Made by a program: the position numbers and the translations under genes
NCBI RefSeq assembly: GCF_947568905.1
Contig: NC_079165.1
Location: forward strand, 34,348,001 to 34,412,000
Direction: 5' to 3'
DNA: 64,000 nt
From: Ostrea edulis
Taxonomy: Eukaryota
In this document: one piece after another, positions 40,598-53,652 of the stretch
Layout: the number at the start of each line of letters is the position of its first letter
How positions within the stretch are numbered: the first letter of the stretch is position 1
The notes under the pieces: generated by a model
Told to the model about the DNA's origin: nothing
Seen by the model: only the letters and a program-made list of their open reading frames with translations
Database searches by the model: none

Positions 40598-40756
40598 GTA
40601 ATCGGGTAGAAAGGATTTACTGTTATCACACTACAATAGCGGGGTTTTGCACTAGCTGTCTATGAAAACTATTTCATGGGGAGTGAAGATGCTAATTTGA
40701 AGTGGACTGATTTCATAGGTGTATGTTTCATGGGTCATCTGTTTTATCAATACATT

Positions 40757-42211
40757 TTTAGGTCACCTGAGTCACCCAGGTGATCTTTTGCTATCCTTTT
40801 TCGTCGATCTTCATGCATTGGTTGTAAACTTTTGAACATTTTCAGCTTCTTCTCTTGAGCGACTGAACCAATTCTAACCAGTTTTGGTATATAGCATCTA
40901 ATGGGTAAAATCCTGTGGGGATCCGGGTTAGAAGTACCCCTTGCTTGTTGTAAAAGGCAACTAAATTAGGCGGTCTTTCAGATGAAATTGCAAAAACCGA
41001 GGTCCCATGTCACAGCAGGTATAGCACAATAAAGATCCCTCCTTGCTCAAAGGCCGTAAGCGCCGAGCATAGGCATAAATTTTGCAGCCCTTCATCTGCA
41101 ATGGTGACGTCTCATTATAAGTGAAAGATTCTCGAGATGGACGTTAAACAAGATACAATCAATCAATCGATTTGATGTATGAAGTGAAGATAATGATCAA
41201 TCTCATAAATCCTATAAAGAATACAAAATTGAGAGCAGAATATGGCCCCTGGACACACCAGAGGTGTCTTGTCTCCATATGAGTGAAAAATTCTCAAATG
41301 GAATGTCAAACAATATACAATCAATTGATCTAATGGGTAAAGGGGAACCAAAAAGGTTATTTTATGGACCTGCCTCCCTGAAGCATGAGAATGGGGGGGG
41401 GGGGGGGGGGGCAAAACCATCAACATTTATGCAATCTTATAAAAATCTTCTCTACTCCTGGAAATCAAGCAGTGTAACTGTTTGCATGATTGTAACAAGC
41501 AATGAGCCTTCTACTAAAATGTTCAGGCCCCAGGGTGAGGCCAAATTGGTTATATTTTGAAAATGCATTATATCTCAGAAAAAGTACTTTTGGACATCAA
41601 GGAGGCAATATGTTTGCATGATTATAATGAGTACTCGAGCCTTTACCTAAATTGTAAATTTTAATTACCCTGGGACTTGGTCCCCAGGGTGACACTATGT
41701 TGGTCATATATTGAAAATGCATTATATCTCAGAAAAAGATCTTCTTTACTTTTGGATGTTAGGGAGGCAGAATGTTTGCATGATTTTAATGAGTACTCAA
41801 GTCTCAACTAAAATTGTAAAACTCATGATTCCTGGGTTTAGGATCCAGGGTGGGACTAAGTTGGTCATGTATTGAAATAAGTTATATACTAGAAAAATAT
41901 CTTCTTATGGACTTCAAGGAGGCAAAATGTTTGCATGGTTATAAAGAGCATTCAGGCATCTACTAAATTTATGAAATTTAGGACTCAAGGGTTTTATTAT
42001 CATTATTACATGAGCAAGCCAGCATGGAGTTTTCTATTAATATTCTTTGGCAGTAGATTTCAGCTCAATGTCGAATTACTTAATGATACATGTATGTTAG
42101 AAATATTTGTGTATTCATAATTTTTAAAAATTTCATGCACATGAGTCATGGGCTTTCAAATATTTGATGCATGGTACTCAGGTGAGCATTAAGGCCCATT
42201 GGTCTCTTGTT
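40757..42211 (-). mobile_element. Helentron-like element with ~130-bp internal repeats, interrupted by a nested SINE block
   Basis: tttttaggtcacctgag start and ctcaggtgagcattaaggcccattggtctcttgtt end; repeated gaaaatgcattatatctcagaaaaag. Confidence 0.65.
40912..41168 (+). mobile_element. SINE family A, non-tRNA-head variant (nested)
   Basis: cctgtggggatccgggttagaa...ctcaaaggccgtaagcgccgagcatagg...acgttaaacaa followed by a (caat)n tail. Confidence 0.75.
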
Positions 42212-42306
42212 GTATATTCAAGGGCAGTAACTCACAGTGACATTTTACATTGATATTCTCTTTATTGAGAGTAATTAGTAAATGATGATCAATGTCTATG
42301 TTTCAG

Positions 42307-42416
42307 GATAATGGAATTTAGACGGACTCCTCTGGTAGTAGGAAGGAAGATAAACTTAAAATCAGAAATCATTCCTAATGGATCTGAGCAGCTGCTGAAA
42401 ACTTTCTTCGTTAATG
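42307..42416 (+). CDS. FAM20B: FAM20B coding exon 4 (IMEFRRTPLVVGRKINLKSEIIPNGSEQLLKTFFVN)
   Basis: tttcag| acceptor and g|gtaaaa donor; matches [33 protein letters not shown]. Confidence 0.96.
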
Positions 42417-43172
42417 GTAAATTTTATCTATGAATTTTGTGTATATTCAAATTGACTTACTGTAAAAGTTGTGTTTACCCTGAACTATAAGATAACTTTA
42501 TTCCAATTTTGGGCCCAGAGAGCATAACAGCAGTGAGTTTTATTTTATTATTTTTTTAAAACTACACCTCTCCTTTTGAATTTTGAAAAATTTAGTGACA
42601 TTTTCCTCAAATTTAGAAAAATCATTTATAGTAAATTAGAATGGTAAATTGCATAAAATAATCAAATATAAGGAACAACAAATGTTTTTGTGTGAGGTTT
42701 ATTTCAAATCTGATTTAAGGTCATAATATAAATCATTTTTTAACATTAAATATGAATGGAAAGTCTCACCTTTTATGAATATTATTTATTTTTTCTTTGA
42801 ATGACTTATTGTCTAATTTCATGAAAAAAGATAATTTACCAGCATTTGAACTCGTATCTAGTAAACAACCTTATATTGATATTCAAGTTTATGGAACATA
42901 CGTCTCTTCTGTTTGTGTTTTTTTCCTGATTTTAGTAAAACTCTACAGTGTTGACCATTTCCTGTTATTAGCCTGACCCTACATTAAATAATGGCGGTCA
43001 AACTAAAAATGTCAACATGGCTTGTACATATCTATCTGGGGACTATATACTAATTAGTATATAATTCGCTACATATCTGCTTATATGGATACCTCCATTG
43101 TTTTACACATTCTTTACAAAACCTTTTGCATTTGCAGGACATTGAAGAATAAAATTGAATTAAAAAAACATA

Positions 43173-44012
43173 CAAGTGACTCTCGATAACTCGAAGTTCA
43201 AGGGACGTTGATAAAACTTCGAGAAATCGAGAGTTCAAGGGATCGAAATTCGGAAATTGAAGGTCCGCCGGTATGGTTAAGATTTTACAGTAACTGGAAA
43301 TGTTTACCAACAAGATCAAATGATATCGTTTTGACATATTTTCCTTCATATTCGTCAGGTAGTTTAATATCAAAATAAAAAACCTTATTTTGCATTAATA
43401 AAAACATTTCAAAGTTTATGTATTTATTTGTTCTTTAATCATGCTTAGATAGGCATACAAAACCAAGTTCCGATGAAGCTTTACTATCACAAACTAAACG
43501 GAGCACAATGTTATGTCGCTTTACCCAAAGCAAAAATTCTAACGAATGAGTAAAACGATGTTTTAGAGTAATTTTACTCAAAGAAAAAACTCAAGAAATT
43601 TAACAGTCTGTAGATCTTTAAATTATGTATAAAACTTGCTCTTTCGTTGTCACGTCAAAACAAATTATAGATTTTATTCATAGTCGGATTATATATGATT
43701 TCAATCATCACGACACAAAACCCCAGTGCAAGGTATAAACTGACCAATTAGCCAATTATATACTCAAGTGTGTTAAAATCCAGGTAAGGCCCAAGCGGAA
43801 ATTAGTACACCCTTGGGTAACGGTGGGTATACGCCACCACCACTTCGAGAGATCGAGAGTGAAAAACATTGAAATGTGTTTTACGATCGAATGTTCGAGA
43901 GATTGATAGTAAATTTGCTTTGTTATATAGAGAGAAAAATCGAGACCATGATTTCACTTCGAGAGACCGAGAACTTCGAGAGATCGAAGTTCGAGCCATC
44001 GAGAGTCACCTG
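43173..44012. mobile_element. Tc1/mariner-type MITE, 840 bp, TA TSD
   Basis: ta|caagtgactctcgataactcgaagt ... gttcgagccatcgagagtcacctg|ta. Confidence 0.85.
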
Positions 44013-44438
44013 TATTAACTCTTTGTCAGCAGTATTAGGCGGTTTTTGTTTAAAAATTCAGCATATAATTTCCCTACATTTGACATTGAGAAAAACATAT
44101 ATATAATCGGGGGGGGGGGGGGGGGGGGGAGCCATTTTTTTAGGGGAAACAGCAGAATATTGGTGACATTTTGGCCCTCAAAAATCACTAAACAGCAAAG
44201 ATAGTTTATAAAGAAAGAAACTTTAAAAAGGATTAGTGTTCAACACAAACCACATGTAGATGCAGCATATGGGGAAACAAGATGTGCAAATATGGTGTTT
44301 ACAAAAGTATATGAACAATATCAGTGTTATACCAGCATATATATTCCTCTGTGCTTTATTACAAAAGTTTCTGTGTAATTTGAATTGAGAGTTTACACTA
44401 TGAGTGTACTGTATCCATCTTCTTACCTGGTAATCACA

Positions 44439-44733
44439 TTTACTGTACATCAGGAAATTTATTGTATATTGGGTAATTTACTATACATCAGATAATTTAC
44501 TGTACATCAGGAAATTTATTGTATATTGGGTAATTTACTATACATCAGATAATTTACTGTACATCAGGAAATTTATTGTATATTGGGTAATTTACTATAC
44601 ATCAGATAATTTACTGTACATCAGTAAATTTACTGTACATTGGGTAATTAAAATTTATTGAACATTGAGTTATTTACTGAACATTGGGTTATTTACTATA
44701 CATTAATTGGGTTATTTACTGTACATCAGATAA
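44439..44733. repeat. 19-bp minisatellite organised as a 57-bp trimer
   Basis: tttactgtacatcaggaaa / tttattgtatattgggtaa / tttactatacatcagataa repeated in fixed order three times, then degenerate. Confidence 0.9.
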
Positions 44734-45197
44734 TTTTGTTGCACTAGAAATATTGGCTTTTTTAGCGGATGAGGAAAATTTACCGAAAATAAGAGCACCA
44801 AAATTTCTATTCAATAATACGTCTGTTAAATGAAATTGCACCAAAAAAAAGCACTAAGATCCCAAACTACTTTACTGAGAAAAATCTGCAATATATACCT
44901 GACGTCAAAAATACCTGATATACATGTATAGTAGTATATGAATGATTATTTACAAATGGTATAAATTGTAAAATAACTTTGTGGGTTGGGGGGAAAAATG
45001 CATGTTAGTGGGTCTGGATTTTGTAATTTTGTAAGAGCTAGTTGTTCTTGAAGTATTTAAATTTTTGAGTATGAAAACAATGAAAGTGAAACCCAGATTG
45101 TTGAATTAGATAGATTAATTCCATGAAGCAATTCAGTAAGAAATTTTTTTGCATTTTAAGCAGAGCAGTGAATGATCTGCAGTTTCCTGTGTTGTAG

Positions 45198-45372
45198 GTT
45201 CAGACACGTGTTTCTATGGTAAATGTTACTACTGTAAGGGTAAGGAGACTGGGGTGTGTGCTGAGGGGGACACACTGGAAGGCAGCGTTATACTGTGGCT
45301 CCCAAAGTCCTTCCCCTTAAAGACTTACCGTCACCCCTGGGCAAGAACTTACAACCCCGGGAAGCAAGCACA
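45198..45372 (+). CDS. FAM20B: FAM20B coding exon 5 ([14 protein letters not shown]...[10 protein letters not shown]...[14 protein letters not shown])
   Basis: ttgtag| acceptor and ca|gtaggt donor; hallmark CFYGKCYYC and HPWxRTY motifs. Confidence 0.97.
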
Positions 45373-45979
45373 GTAGGTACAGAGTACATCCAGTGTTGTA
45401 CGGAGGTTTCTGTGTAACATACAATTACCCTGATGATCTGCACCAAGAAATGAAAAAGGTGGCTTACAAACAACAGAAATAGGAATCAGATGCATGGCAA
45501 CTCACTGTTCCAATCTCTTTATACTCACACTTTCTAAAGAAAGTTCAGATATGTTGTTTTTACCCTAGTCCGTCCATCTGTCTATCACACTTTTATCTCC
45601 CTCAACAACAACAACCCCTCCTTTATTTTAAGCACTGACCAATTAAATTTTGGAAAATGATAGATAGGTGGTGTCCTTTAAATGTGCAATAAGGTTTCAA
45701 AATTTTCGAAACCACTACACGTCCAGGACACCCTCATCCACATGTTCACTTCCTTTAAGAATCAGAATCATTCTTGAAATGACTAGAACTTCAATTGCAG
45801 AATAATGATTTTACTTCATTTTGTTTGTCAATTTGAAGAATCCTTGAAAAATATATATAATATTCTGCATTTCACATGAACTATTCTTAATTAGGCCCTT
45901 ATCATATACATGTATGTTCTCAATGTTGAACAAGTATTGTACATTAAATTTCATTGTCTTGAACATTTTAATTATTTAG

Positions 45980-46168
45980 ATGGGAAAAGGATCCAAATTA
46001 CTGCAGTGCTGTGAAAGCCATTAATATATATTCTCATGGTCCACGACTGTTTGATTTGATTGACACAGCCATTTTTGACTTTCTTATTGGAAATGCTGAC
46101 AGACATAGATACGAAACACTAGGAGGTCACTTGGAATCTGCATTTCTTCTCCTAGATAATGGAAAAAG
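45980..46168 (+). CDS. FAM20B: FAM20B coding exon 6 (WEKDPNYC...[26 protein letters not shown]...LLDNGK), catalytic Asp motifs
   Basis: atttag| acceptor and ag|gtaact donor; matches [26 protein letters not shown] and LLDNAK. Confidence 0.97.
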
Positions 46169-47797
46169 GTAACTCTTCAAGCCATGTTATGCAATATATG
46201 ATCTGGGAATAGATATGGAAATGGAGAATTGCATGAATATGTGTTCCGTAAAGTATTTTAACCAAATCTCTGCATTAGATGAAGGAAGAATACATCCAAA
46301 GTACAAACTGTGAATTTGTGATGTTAGTATAATTATGTATATATTTAGTTCCTACCAGTGAAACCTTAGGGCACTGTAGATTCCCTTTCTGTATGCCCCT
46401 CCATCTGGGTTTTTTTTTTTTCATTTTGTTTTCTGCACTATTTTTGTTCTGGTTTGAAATATGGATATAAGACTTGCAGTACAGATTTGTAATGAAAATA
46501 TACAGATCAAGTTTGACTTTGTATAATATGCTTTCACATGGTTTTAGTGATTTGAAACTTGCTTTATTATATGATCAAATAATTCTGTGATCCAGCAACC
46601 AAGGAAAAATGGAATGTTATGTTTACTTGCAAGTTTCTTCAATGTGAATATAACAGTTGATTTCTCCCACATTGGGCCAAAAATGAATTGGGAATGTTTA
46701 AATTCATACAGTTGATTATTGTAATTTTTTATGGTTATTACTGAAAACTCGGATCTTTACTCACTTTCAGGTATCTTGCATTATAATTTGTAAAGAAGGG
46801 GTCACTTTTATTAGGAACTGAAGGGACTTATAGTAAGAATGATCAAAAAAAAAATTATCCAATGATTGCTACCTTCATCACCTGATAAAACAGCAAAGAA
46901 AGAAATTTTTATTGCTTTTATATATATATATATATAAAAACTAAATTTAAGTACTAAAATATATTGTTGACCCATTTGTTACTTTAAATGGAACAGCAAA
47001 TGCACCCTTTGACTTTGACATATTTGGTAATGATTACGCGGACAGGTGGTGTTAAAAAACTGGATCAAATTAGTTTGCAAGAAACATGTGTTTATTGTCA
47101 AGGATGAAAGCGATATCCATTCCAAAAGAAATATAAGAGAAAAGACTCGATGAATTTAAAAGTATATAATAAACAAAAACTGTTATCTCTAATCGTTTTT
47201 GACTCGGTCTTGCATTCTAATTATTCAAGAATATATAGCAAAACAATGACATTTGTTGACATTTTTTAGGTCAATATGTTGCTTTAGCAACCCTCAATGG
47301 ACAATAGTCACCTCATCCTCCAGGCTCAGTGAATATTGTGCCTCTTGGGTCACTAAAGCATGGTATTGGCCTAAAACATGTCCAAAATTATGTAATGTAT
47401 CTTCCTAGTGGACAACTATAAATAAAGTTCAACTTTCTGATTTTTGACACAGTTAACCCACTTATACTATAGTGACATAGCCATTTGCATGAATTTTTTT
47501 TTTTTTTTCGTTTTGCTTTGAGATATCTATATGGAACTTGTCATGTAGCTTTTAATGTACCACTAGAGTTATGGCCCTTTGTATAATTTGAGGAGCTGAA
47601 AGTGGACAAGTATTGCTTCAGCAATATTTATATAGGTACAGGTACTAACATCTATGTCTGAGTAATATAACGTGCAATTATGTAGCACAATGAGGAAAGT
47701 TTGCTGTGTAATTCTGTGTTCGAGGAATGAGAGTGAATAAATTTTTTATGATCAATTCATTAAGGAAAATTAATTTACTTTGCCATGTCTTTTTCAG

Positions 47798-47857
47798 CTT
47801 TGGAAATCCTTTCCATGATGAAATCTCAATATTAGCACCACTATACCAATGTTGTGT
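47798..47857 (+). CDS. FAM20B: FAM20B coding exon 7 ([20 protein letters not shown])
   Basis: tttcag| acceptor and gt|gtaagt donor; matches [20 protein letters not shown]. Confidence 0.97.
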
Positions 47858-48040
47858 GTAAGTTGCTTTACATTTAAATGTAATTAAAGAATTATTCCTT
47901 AGAGTACAGGTTCCTGACATTACATATTTTGTGAAAATCATCATTTCATAAATATTCTACATTTCTATCTAATTGATATATAGGAGAGAGAAAATATTGT
48001 CAATGGAATTTGTCAAAATTTGTTTTCCATTACTTTGTAG

Positions 48041-48260
48041 AATTAGATACAGTACTTACAAAAGACTACTTCTCCTAAGACATGGGGTTTTAAGCCGAGT
48101 TCTACGGAATGTGTTAAGACAGGATCCTATAGCTCCAATACTGACAGAGGAACATTATCAAGCTCTGGACAGACGACTAGAAATTGTCTTAGAGAAAATT
48201 CAGACTTGTCTTGACAATTCACCACAGAACAGAGGCCTAGTGAAAAATGTGAGGTCCTGA
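48041..48260 (+). CDS. FAM20B: FAM20B final coding exon (IRYSTYKRLLLLRHGVLS...DPIAPILTEEHYQALDRRL...NVRS*)
   Basis: ttgtag| acceptor, stop TGA at 48258-48260. The summed CDS of 8 exons is 1281 nt and in frame. Confidence 0.96.
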
Positions 48261-49886
48261 TGATACGTGAAGCTTGATAATCATTTCTTTTAAACATCAA
48301 AGTGAAACTGTGTCATCTCGAAAATCACATTGTAACAAGTCATAAATCAGTTTTTCATAGAAATTGGTTGGAAATACAGGATGCATTTTCATGGAAATAC
48401 AGTATGCATTTTCATTGGTGGTGTATGTTCTATAATGTACTGCATTGTTAACTGAGGGACTTTAATGGGGGTCAACATATTTCAATTATTTATTTACTGT
48501 TTTGATAAAAGTCTTAATCCTTCCATAAAAATACTGAATTTAAAGCTGTGCACAGTACATCTATACCTATCTGTGTATTTTATAAAGATATCTCTGACTA
48601 TAATCATGAATTCACTTTTTAATTCTTTGTTCACTTAGCCATTTTCAAGGAGTCTAGTCATGTTACAGAAACATTAGGATGTTGCCTTCATTGAAGGTCT
48701 AGTTTTGTTTCAGCATGTTCTTTTTTTTCTTTTCATTTTGCCACCATATTTGTTCTTAAAATAAACTATTTTTAATTTCTTTTCACTCGAGCATTAGTTT
48801 GTTATGATCTGTTCGAAAGCTACACAAACTAAGTAGTTTCAAGGAAAAAAGGTGATCTAAACATATTTATGATACAAGTCTACCCCCAGCTCAGCCCCAC
48901 AAAGGAGAGGTATGTCCAAGACACGATGTATACAAAATGTTGTCATGCTGTTGTTGATATTGATATCGTATTTGGTACTTGAAGACGGTTATATATGATA
49001 GATAATAACTTTGCAGGATGATATCGACATTGTATTTGGTCTTGGACGTGTACATACAAAGGACCTTTTCAAATGTGCAACTGGACTGTAGTCTACTTTC
49101 TGAGATGTGTTAGTAAAACAGAGATGCTGCCCCTGTTAGCACTGTCAGCCTTTGGAGTCGAATATCCATTCTATGCAAATTCAGTTATGTAGGAGCAAAT
49201 CTTGGCAAAATCTCAAGAATAACAAGACTAAAATTCAAACGAAGTATGTGAAAAGATGTTGGAATTAGGGAATTCATCAAACACCAAGTTTTGTCCTCCA
49301 TTCCGTGTGCATGTGAGGGCAGGAGGTAGGTTCTATACAATTAAAATAAAATTATCCCTGCATTATCTTTTTTTTAATTAAAATGTGTTTTTGCACCGGT
49401 CCTTTTGCATCTTTTACATATTACGCTACTGGATTGCATTTAGTTGAATGATAAATAAAATCATATAAAGTTAAGAAATAAATTTTAATTTTTGAAAATA
49501 CATGAGGGTATGAATTGCAACGCTTCACGCTGGCATATTTTTTGAAGTGCGTCGGCAGACCTAACGTTTGGAGAAGAGGGATAACTACTAGAAAATTTCC
49601 TTTTTAATTTTCATATAAACGCCTATACTTAGCCTCAAATTCACATGGGTACTCTTCACTAGATATTAACACGATTTTACTATCCTTATGTACCGGTCGT
49701 CATTTCAACTTTGAATAGTAAGGGGGGTGGGGGAGGGGGGGGGGGGGCAACAACTTGGCCAAATTTTCCAATTTAATTTTCAATAGCCAAGCTTGTGAGA
49801 ATCGTTGACTTTCCTCAGTGAGGTTTCACGATAAGTGTAATCAAAGTTTTGAAGATTAAAAGCAAGATTGAAGAATACTCAGGTGA

Positions 49887-50094
49887 CAGTGGCGGATCTA
49901 GACTTTACTGGGGGAGCAATGCATTATAGAATGAAATTCCTGTTCCTTCTTCCTTTCATTTATAGTCATCACATCCAATATAGAATTTAAACGAAAAGAA
50001 TAAACTTGACTTGTTGATTAAAAAAAACACCCTGAAGAGCGGGGGTGTCCGACCCTCTCCCCCCCCCCCCCCCCCCCCCTTAAATACGCCACTG
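49887..50094. mobile_element. MITE with cagtggcg TIRs and 5-bp TSD (ggtga), nested in a Helentron-like end
   Basis: ggtga|cagtggcggat ... atacgccactg|ggtga; it splits the host ctcaggtgagcg motif. Confidence 0.8.
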
Positions 50095-50254
50095 GGTGAG
50101 CGCATTGTCCTATGGACCTCTTATCTACTGATGATAAGATTCAAAATGCCTTTAATGAATTGATACATACATTTGGATTTTTTTTTCTCAAGAGGAACTA
50201 ATTTTCAGTGTATCTGTTTCAGTGAACTATTTTGGTCGAGGTTTGCTTTGCAAA

Positions 50255-50320
50255 GACCCTTCCTGCTCAAAGGCCATAGCGTCGAGCATAGGCCTAAATT
50301 TTGCAGCCGTTCACCGGCAG

Positions 50321-50355
<35 letters not shown>

Positions 50356-50388
50356 AGGGACGTTAAACAATATTTAATGAATGAATGA
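50255..50388 (+). mobile_element. 5'-truncated SINE family A copy
   Basis: ctcaaaggccatagcgtcgagcataggcctaaattttgcagc...gggacgttaaacaa followed by an (atga)n tail. Confidence 0.75.
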
Positions 50389-51849
50389 AGCAGTCTACTT
50401 GTGAGTCACAGACACTCGTTTCTGTAAATAAGTTAGGACCTCTATATACTAATAATATAATGTGTTATTATTAGTATTTAAGAAATCAAACTTATTTACA
50501 GAAACAAGTGCCTGTGTTATGAGTAAAGCGTTCACATTCCATAGCCACTTCACCATTTTCACCAAAATTGCTACAGATCATACAAATAAAGGAAGATGTG
50601 ACATCAGAAAATAGGATGGGGGTCATATCTTTCTTCTGTAAATCCAGTGGATTAGACATGATAAAATATGCCTCATACTTGTAATACCCGTTTCTTGCAG
50701 GAGTCGACAATTTTATCAATGTAGAAATATATGAAAAATGGGCAAAAATACTTACAAATGAGCTTCGCGAGCGATGACCTTGCTGCACTTTTGACCCCAA
50801 ATTAATGTCAGGAAATATTAATTAGAGCAAATAGAATATGAAAATGGTACTCAGCGACTGTTATTTATTGTTTTAAATATAATGAATTTATTGTAGAATT
50901 AAATATTTCTGTTCTTATAATGTTTTCTGATCTTGAATTAATAAAAGAACATAAAACATTATAAGAATATTATACACATGACGTTACATAAACTTGACTC
51001 AAATACGCCTTTTGATTCCTCGAGGAACACAGGGCTGCAGCAACACTCCGCCAACGCACACGTTTTTGGCAGACGTTACATATTCAAGAGGAGGGTGTCA
51101 ACTTTGCAGTGTCATAACTCAACAGATATAAGGGTTTTCACTGAAATAATTTTATTTGTTGATATAAAACGTAAGAAAAATGTTAAAATTTTCATTTTAT
51201 TGAAAGAAAAAAAACCCTCAATAAACCTGGTTTTCTTGTGGTATATACAAAACAAATAAATGTACATGAAGCCTGCAGTCATAATATTGAGTCTAAATAA
51301 AAAACGAACATCTAAATATTAAACAAAAACTTTAAAATAACTTAGTTATGTGTTTATCAAAAACTGAATACTTTTACGTTTCATTTCCGATATTATCTTT
51401 TCAAAAAAGTATTGACATTTGTGATGGTATTTATAATACTATAGGTAATGCTTGTCTGTAGACTCGGCCCCATTGAGTTTCTATTGAGATTTGAACTTAT
51501 TCAGCCGTAGTTGTTACATAAAATGAGCTTTTAAAGCATGAACAAATGAGATATTAAGCTATAATTGTATCTACTGTTTGAATAAAAAAAGACATGTATT
51601 TACATTACCTACATTGTTGTGCTCTCTTATTAAAGTTTAAATTAATTGATGACTTGGATTATATTATTACAATCACTAGACTGCACGTACTTACGTAAGA
51701 CCCTATGCCTACATATATTTACACATTTTTTTCCAGCACGTATATTGCGTGTATAACTTCTACATCTCAACAGTGCATTGCAGGAAATCATGCATATTTC
51801 GTGCATTGTTGCTGTCGATCGTCTGATTCAGTGTTCAATTTCACAGAGT

Positions 51850-52005
51850 AAAATCAGTAAAAGAAAACCGGATGCTGAATTACAGGTGCTAGCATCATCA
51901 ATTCGCGAAAATAGTGATATTCTGTTTGCCAAATTTTCTAGTGATATCACTTCGGAGAAAAAGAAGAGGATCTGGAACGAAATCACCAAACTGCAAGTAG
52001 TCTAG
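51850..52005 (+). pseudogene. Myb/SANT-like DNA-binding domain relic (PIF/Harbinger accessory-gene type)
   Basis: SKRKP-DAELQVLASSIRENSDILFAKFSSDITSEKKKRIWNEIT fits the KRKPNFSxxExxxL...N..ILF..F...T...K...W..IT pattern, with the NFS/T motif deleted and a premature stop. Confidence 0.6.
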
Positions 52006-52302
52006 TCTTTCAAGAGTTGAAATATACCAAAAGTTCAGATGAATGTTTAAAAAAAACACTTGTTGTTGGAATTAACCCCCCCCCCCTTCAAATTAAAATA
52101 AGGACTCCTAGATATAAAAAAAAATGTAAAATGTAGGTCAATGGAAACAATTTCTTTCAACACCGTCGCCATTATTCGTTTAGTTGTAAATTACAGATTA
52201 AGAGTTACACGTACAGTGCCTGTCCATATGCGAGTCATCATTTCATTTTCCCACTATAATATCTTTCATTGAAAAAACAATTTTTATAAAAACTTATCAT
52301 TA

Positions 52303-52779
52303 GGGCAATTTAGTACCAATTTTCATAATTTTTCACTTATGCAAAATTGTTCAAATTTTCTTTTCCTATGACGCTAAGCAAATTGCATACCATGATCATT
52401 GAGAATAGTTTATGAAATCATCAAGGTAAAAACTTTAACCTCAAAATACTATATAATTTCTTTAAAGAATTTGCCGTAAAATTTCAGTTTTGCATTTGAT
52501 GTGTGATTTCGCCGCAACACCTACAGATAAAATTATTTCGGAAATATGTGAAGAAACTACTAACAATACTGTAATTTAAAAAAAAACTATTACATCTATA
52601 AAAGTGTAGTCATGAGCAGCTAGACCTAAAAGCCATAAACTTAGTCGGATGCAGATGTAGTCTGTTTTATGAAACGCAACTTAGTCCCGTTTTATGATTT
52701 TCAATGATCATGGTATCACAATTTGCTTATCATCGTAGAAAAAGAAAATATGAACAATATTATGATAATTAAATTGGCC
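52303..52779. mobile_element. MITE with ~100-bp imperfect TIRs
   Basis: Left arm ...attgttcaaattttcttttcctatgacgctaagcaaattgcataccatgatcattga pairs with right arm tcaatgatcatggtatcacaatttgcttatcatcgtagaaaaagaaaatatgaacaat. Confidence 0.7.
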
Positions 52780-53652
52780 TCACAATAAATTTTTATAAAA
52801 ATTGATTTTTCAATGAAATGTTTAGTGAAAAAATGAAACGATGACTCACTTATGGTCAGGTATGGTAGTCCTGTTTTTGCTCCCGACTAAGCTTACACCT
52901 GGACGTAGGCCTTTTTGTGAAACGGGTCCTGCAGGAGTGCAAGGTGTTACTGATAAGTGTAAAGTAAAAAAAAAAAAAAAAAAAAGACAAATAGTCTCAA
53001 GAGGAAGTTTGCAGTTTGTGAGCATTGAAACCAATATGCCATCTTCATACAGTACATAGATTTTTTTCAAAGTGGGGAGGAAAGTACAGGGGATCAGATT
53101 GCATAACCATACCTATGTGGTACCTATGTTTTTGTATTTTTGTTTTCGACTAATTCTGATCCCCACTACCTTTCTTTTATATAACTTCGTCATTTTCAAA
53201 AAAAATGACATGTTTTCAATTCACATCACTGTCATGTTTTCACTGCCTTTATCAAGTAACAAAACAAAGGCTACTTGGCAAGTCATATTAACTAAGGCAC
53301 ATAAAGTATAGTTTACAAGAGACGGCTTAGTGACTCGGATAAGCATTGTATGAACCATCGGTCTTGTTGAAAGTATCGTGGAGTAGTATTAAGAAAATAC
53401 TTCAAAATCTGCGCATCAAGTAAGACGTCTGCTTTTCACAAATATTTCAATAAACAAAGTGACAGAATGGGATCTGTTTGAAATATCAAATTATCATATT
53501 TGACACATTTTGTATTTCTAAAACAATAAAGATAACATTGAAACAGTTATTTTGATTTCGCTATATTCCTGCACCACTTCCTGTACAACACTAGGTGTTA
53601 CCAGGGACACATGATATATAAATGTCTCTGGTGTTGCTTAATTCGGTCTTTG

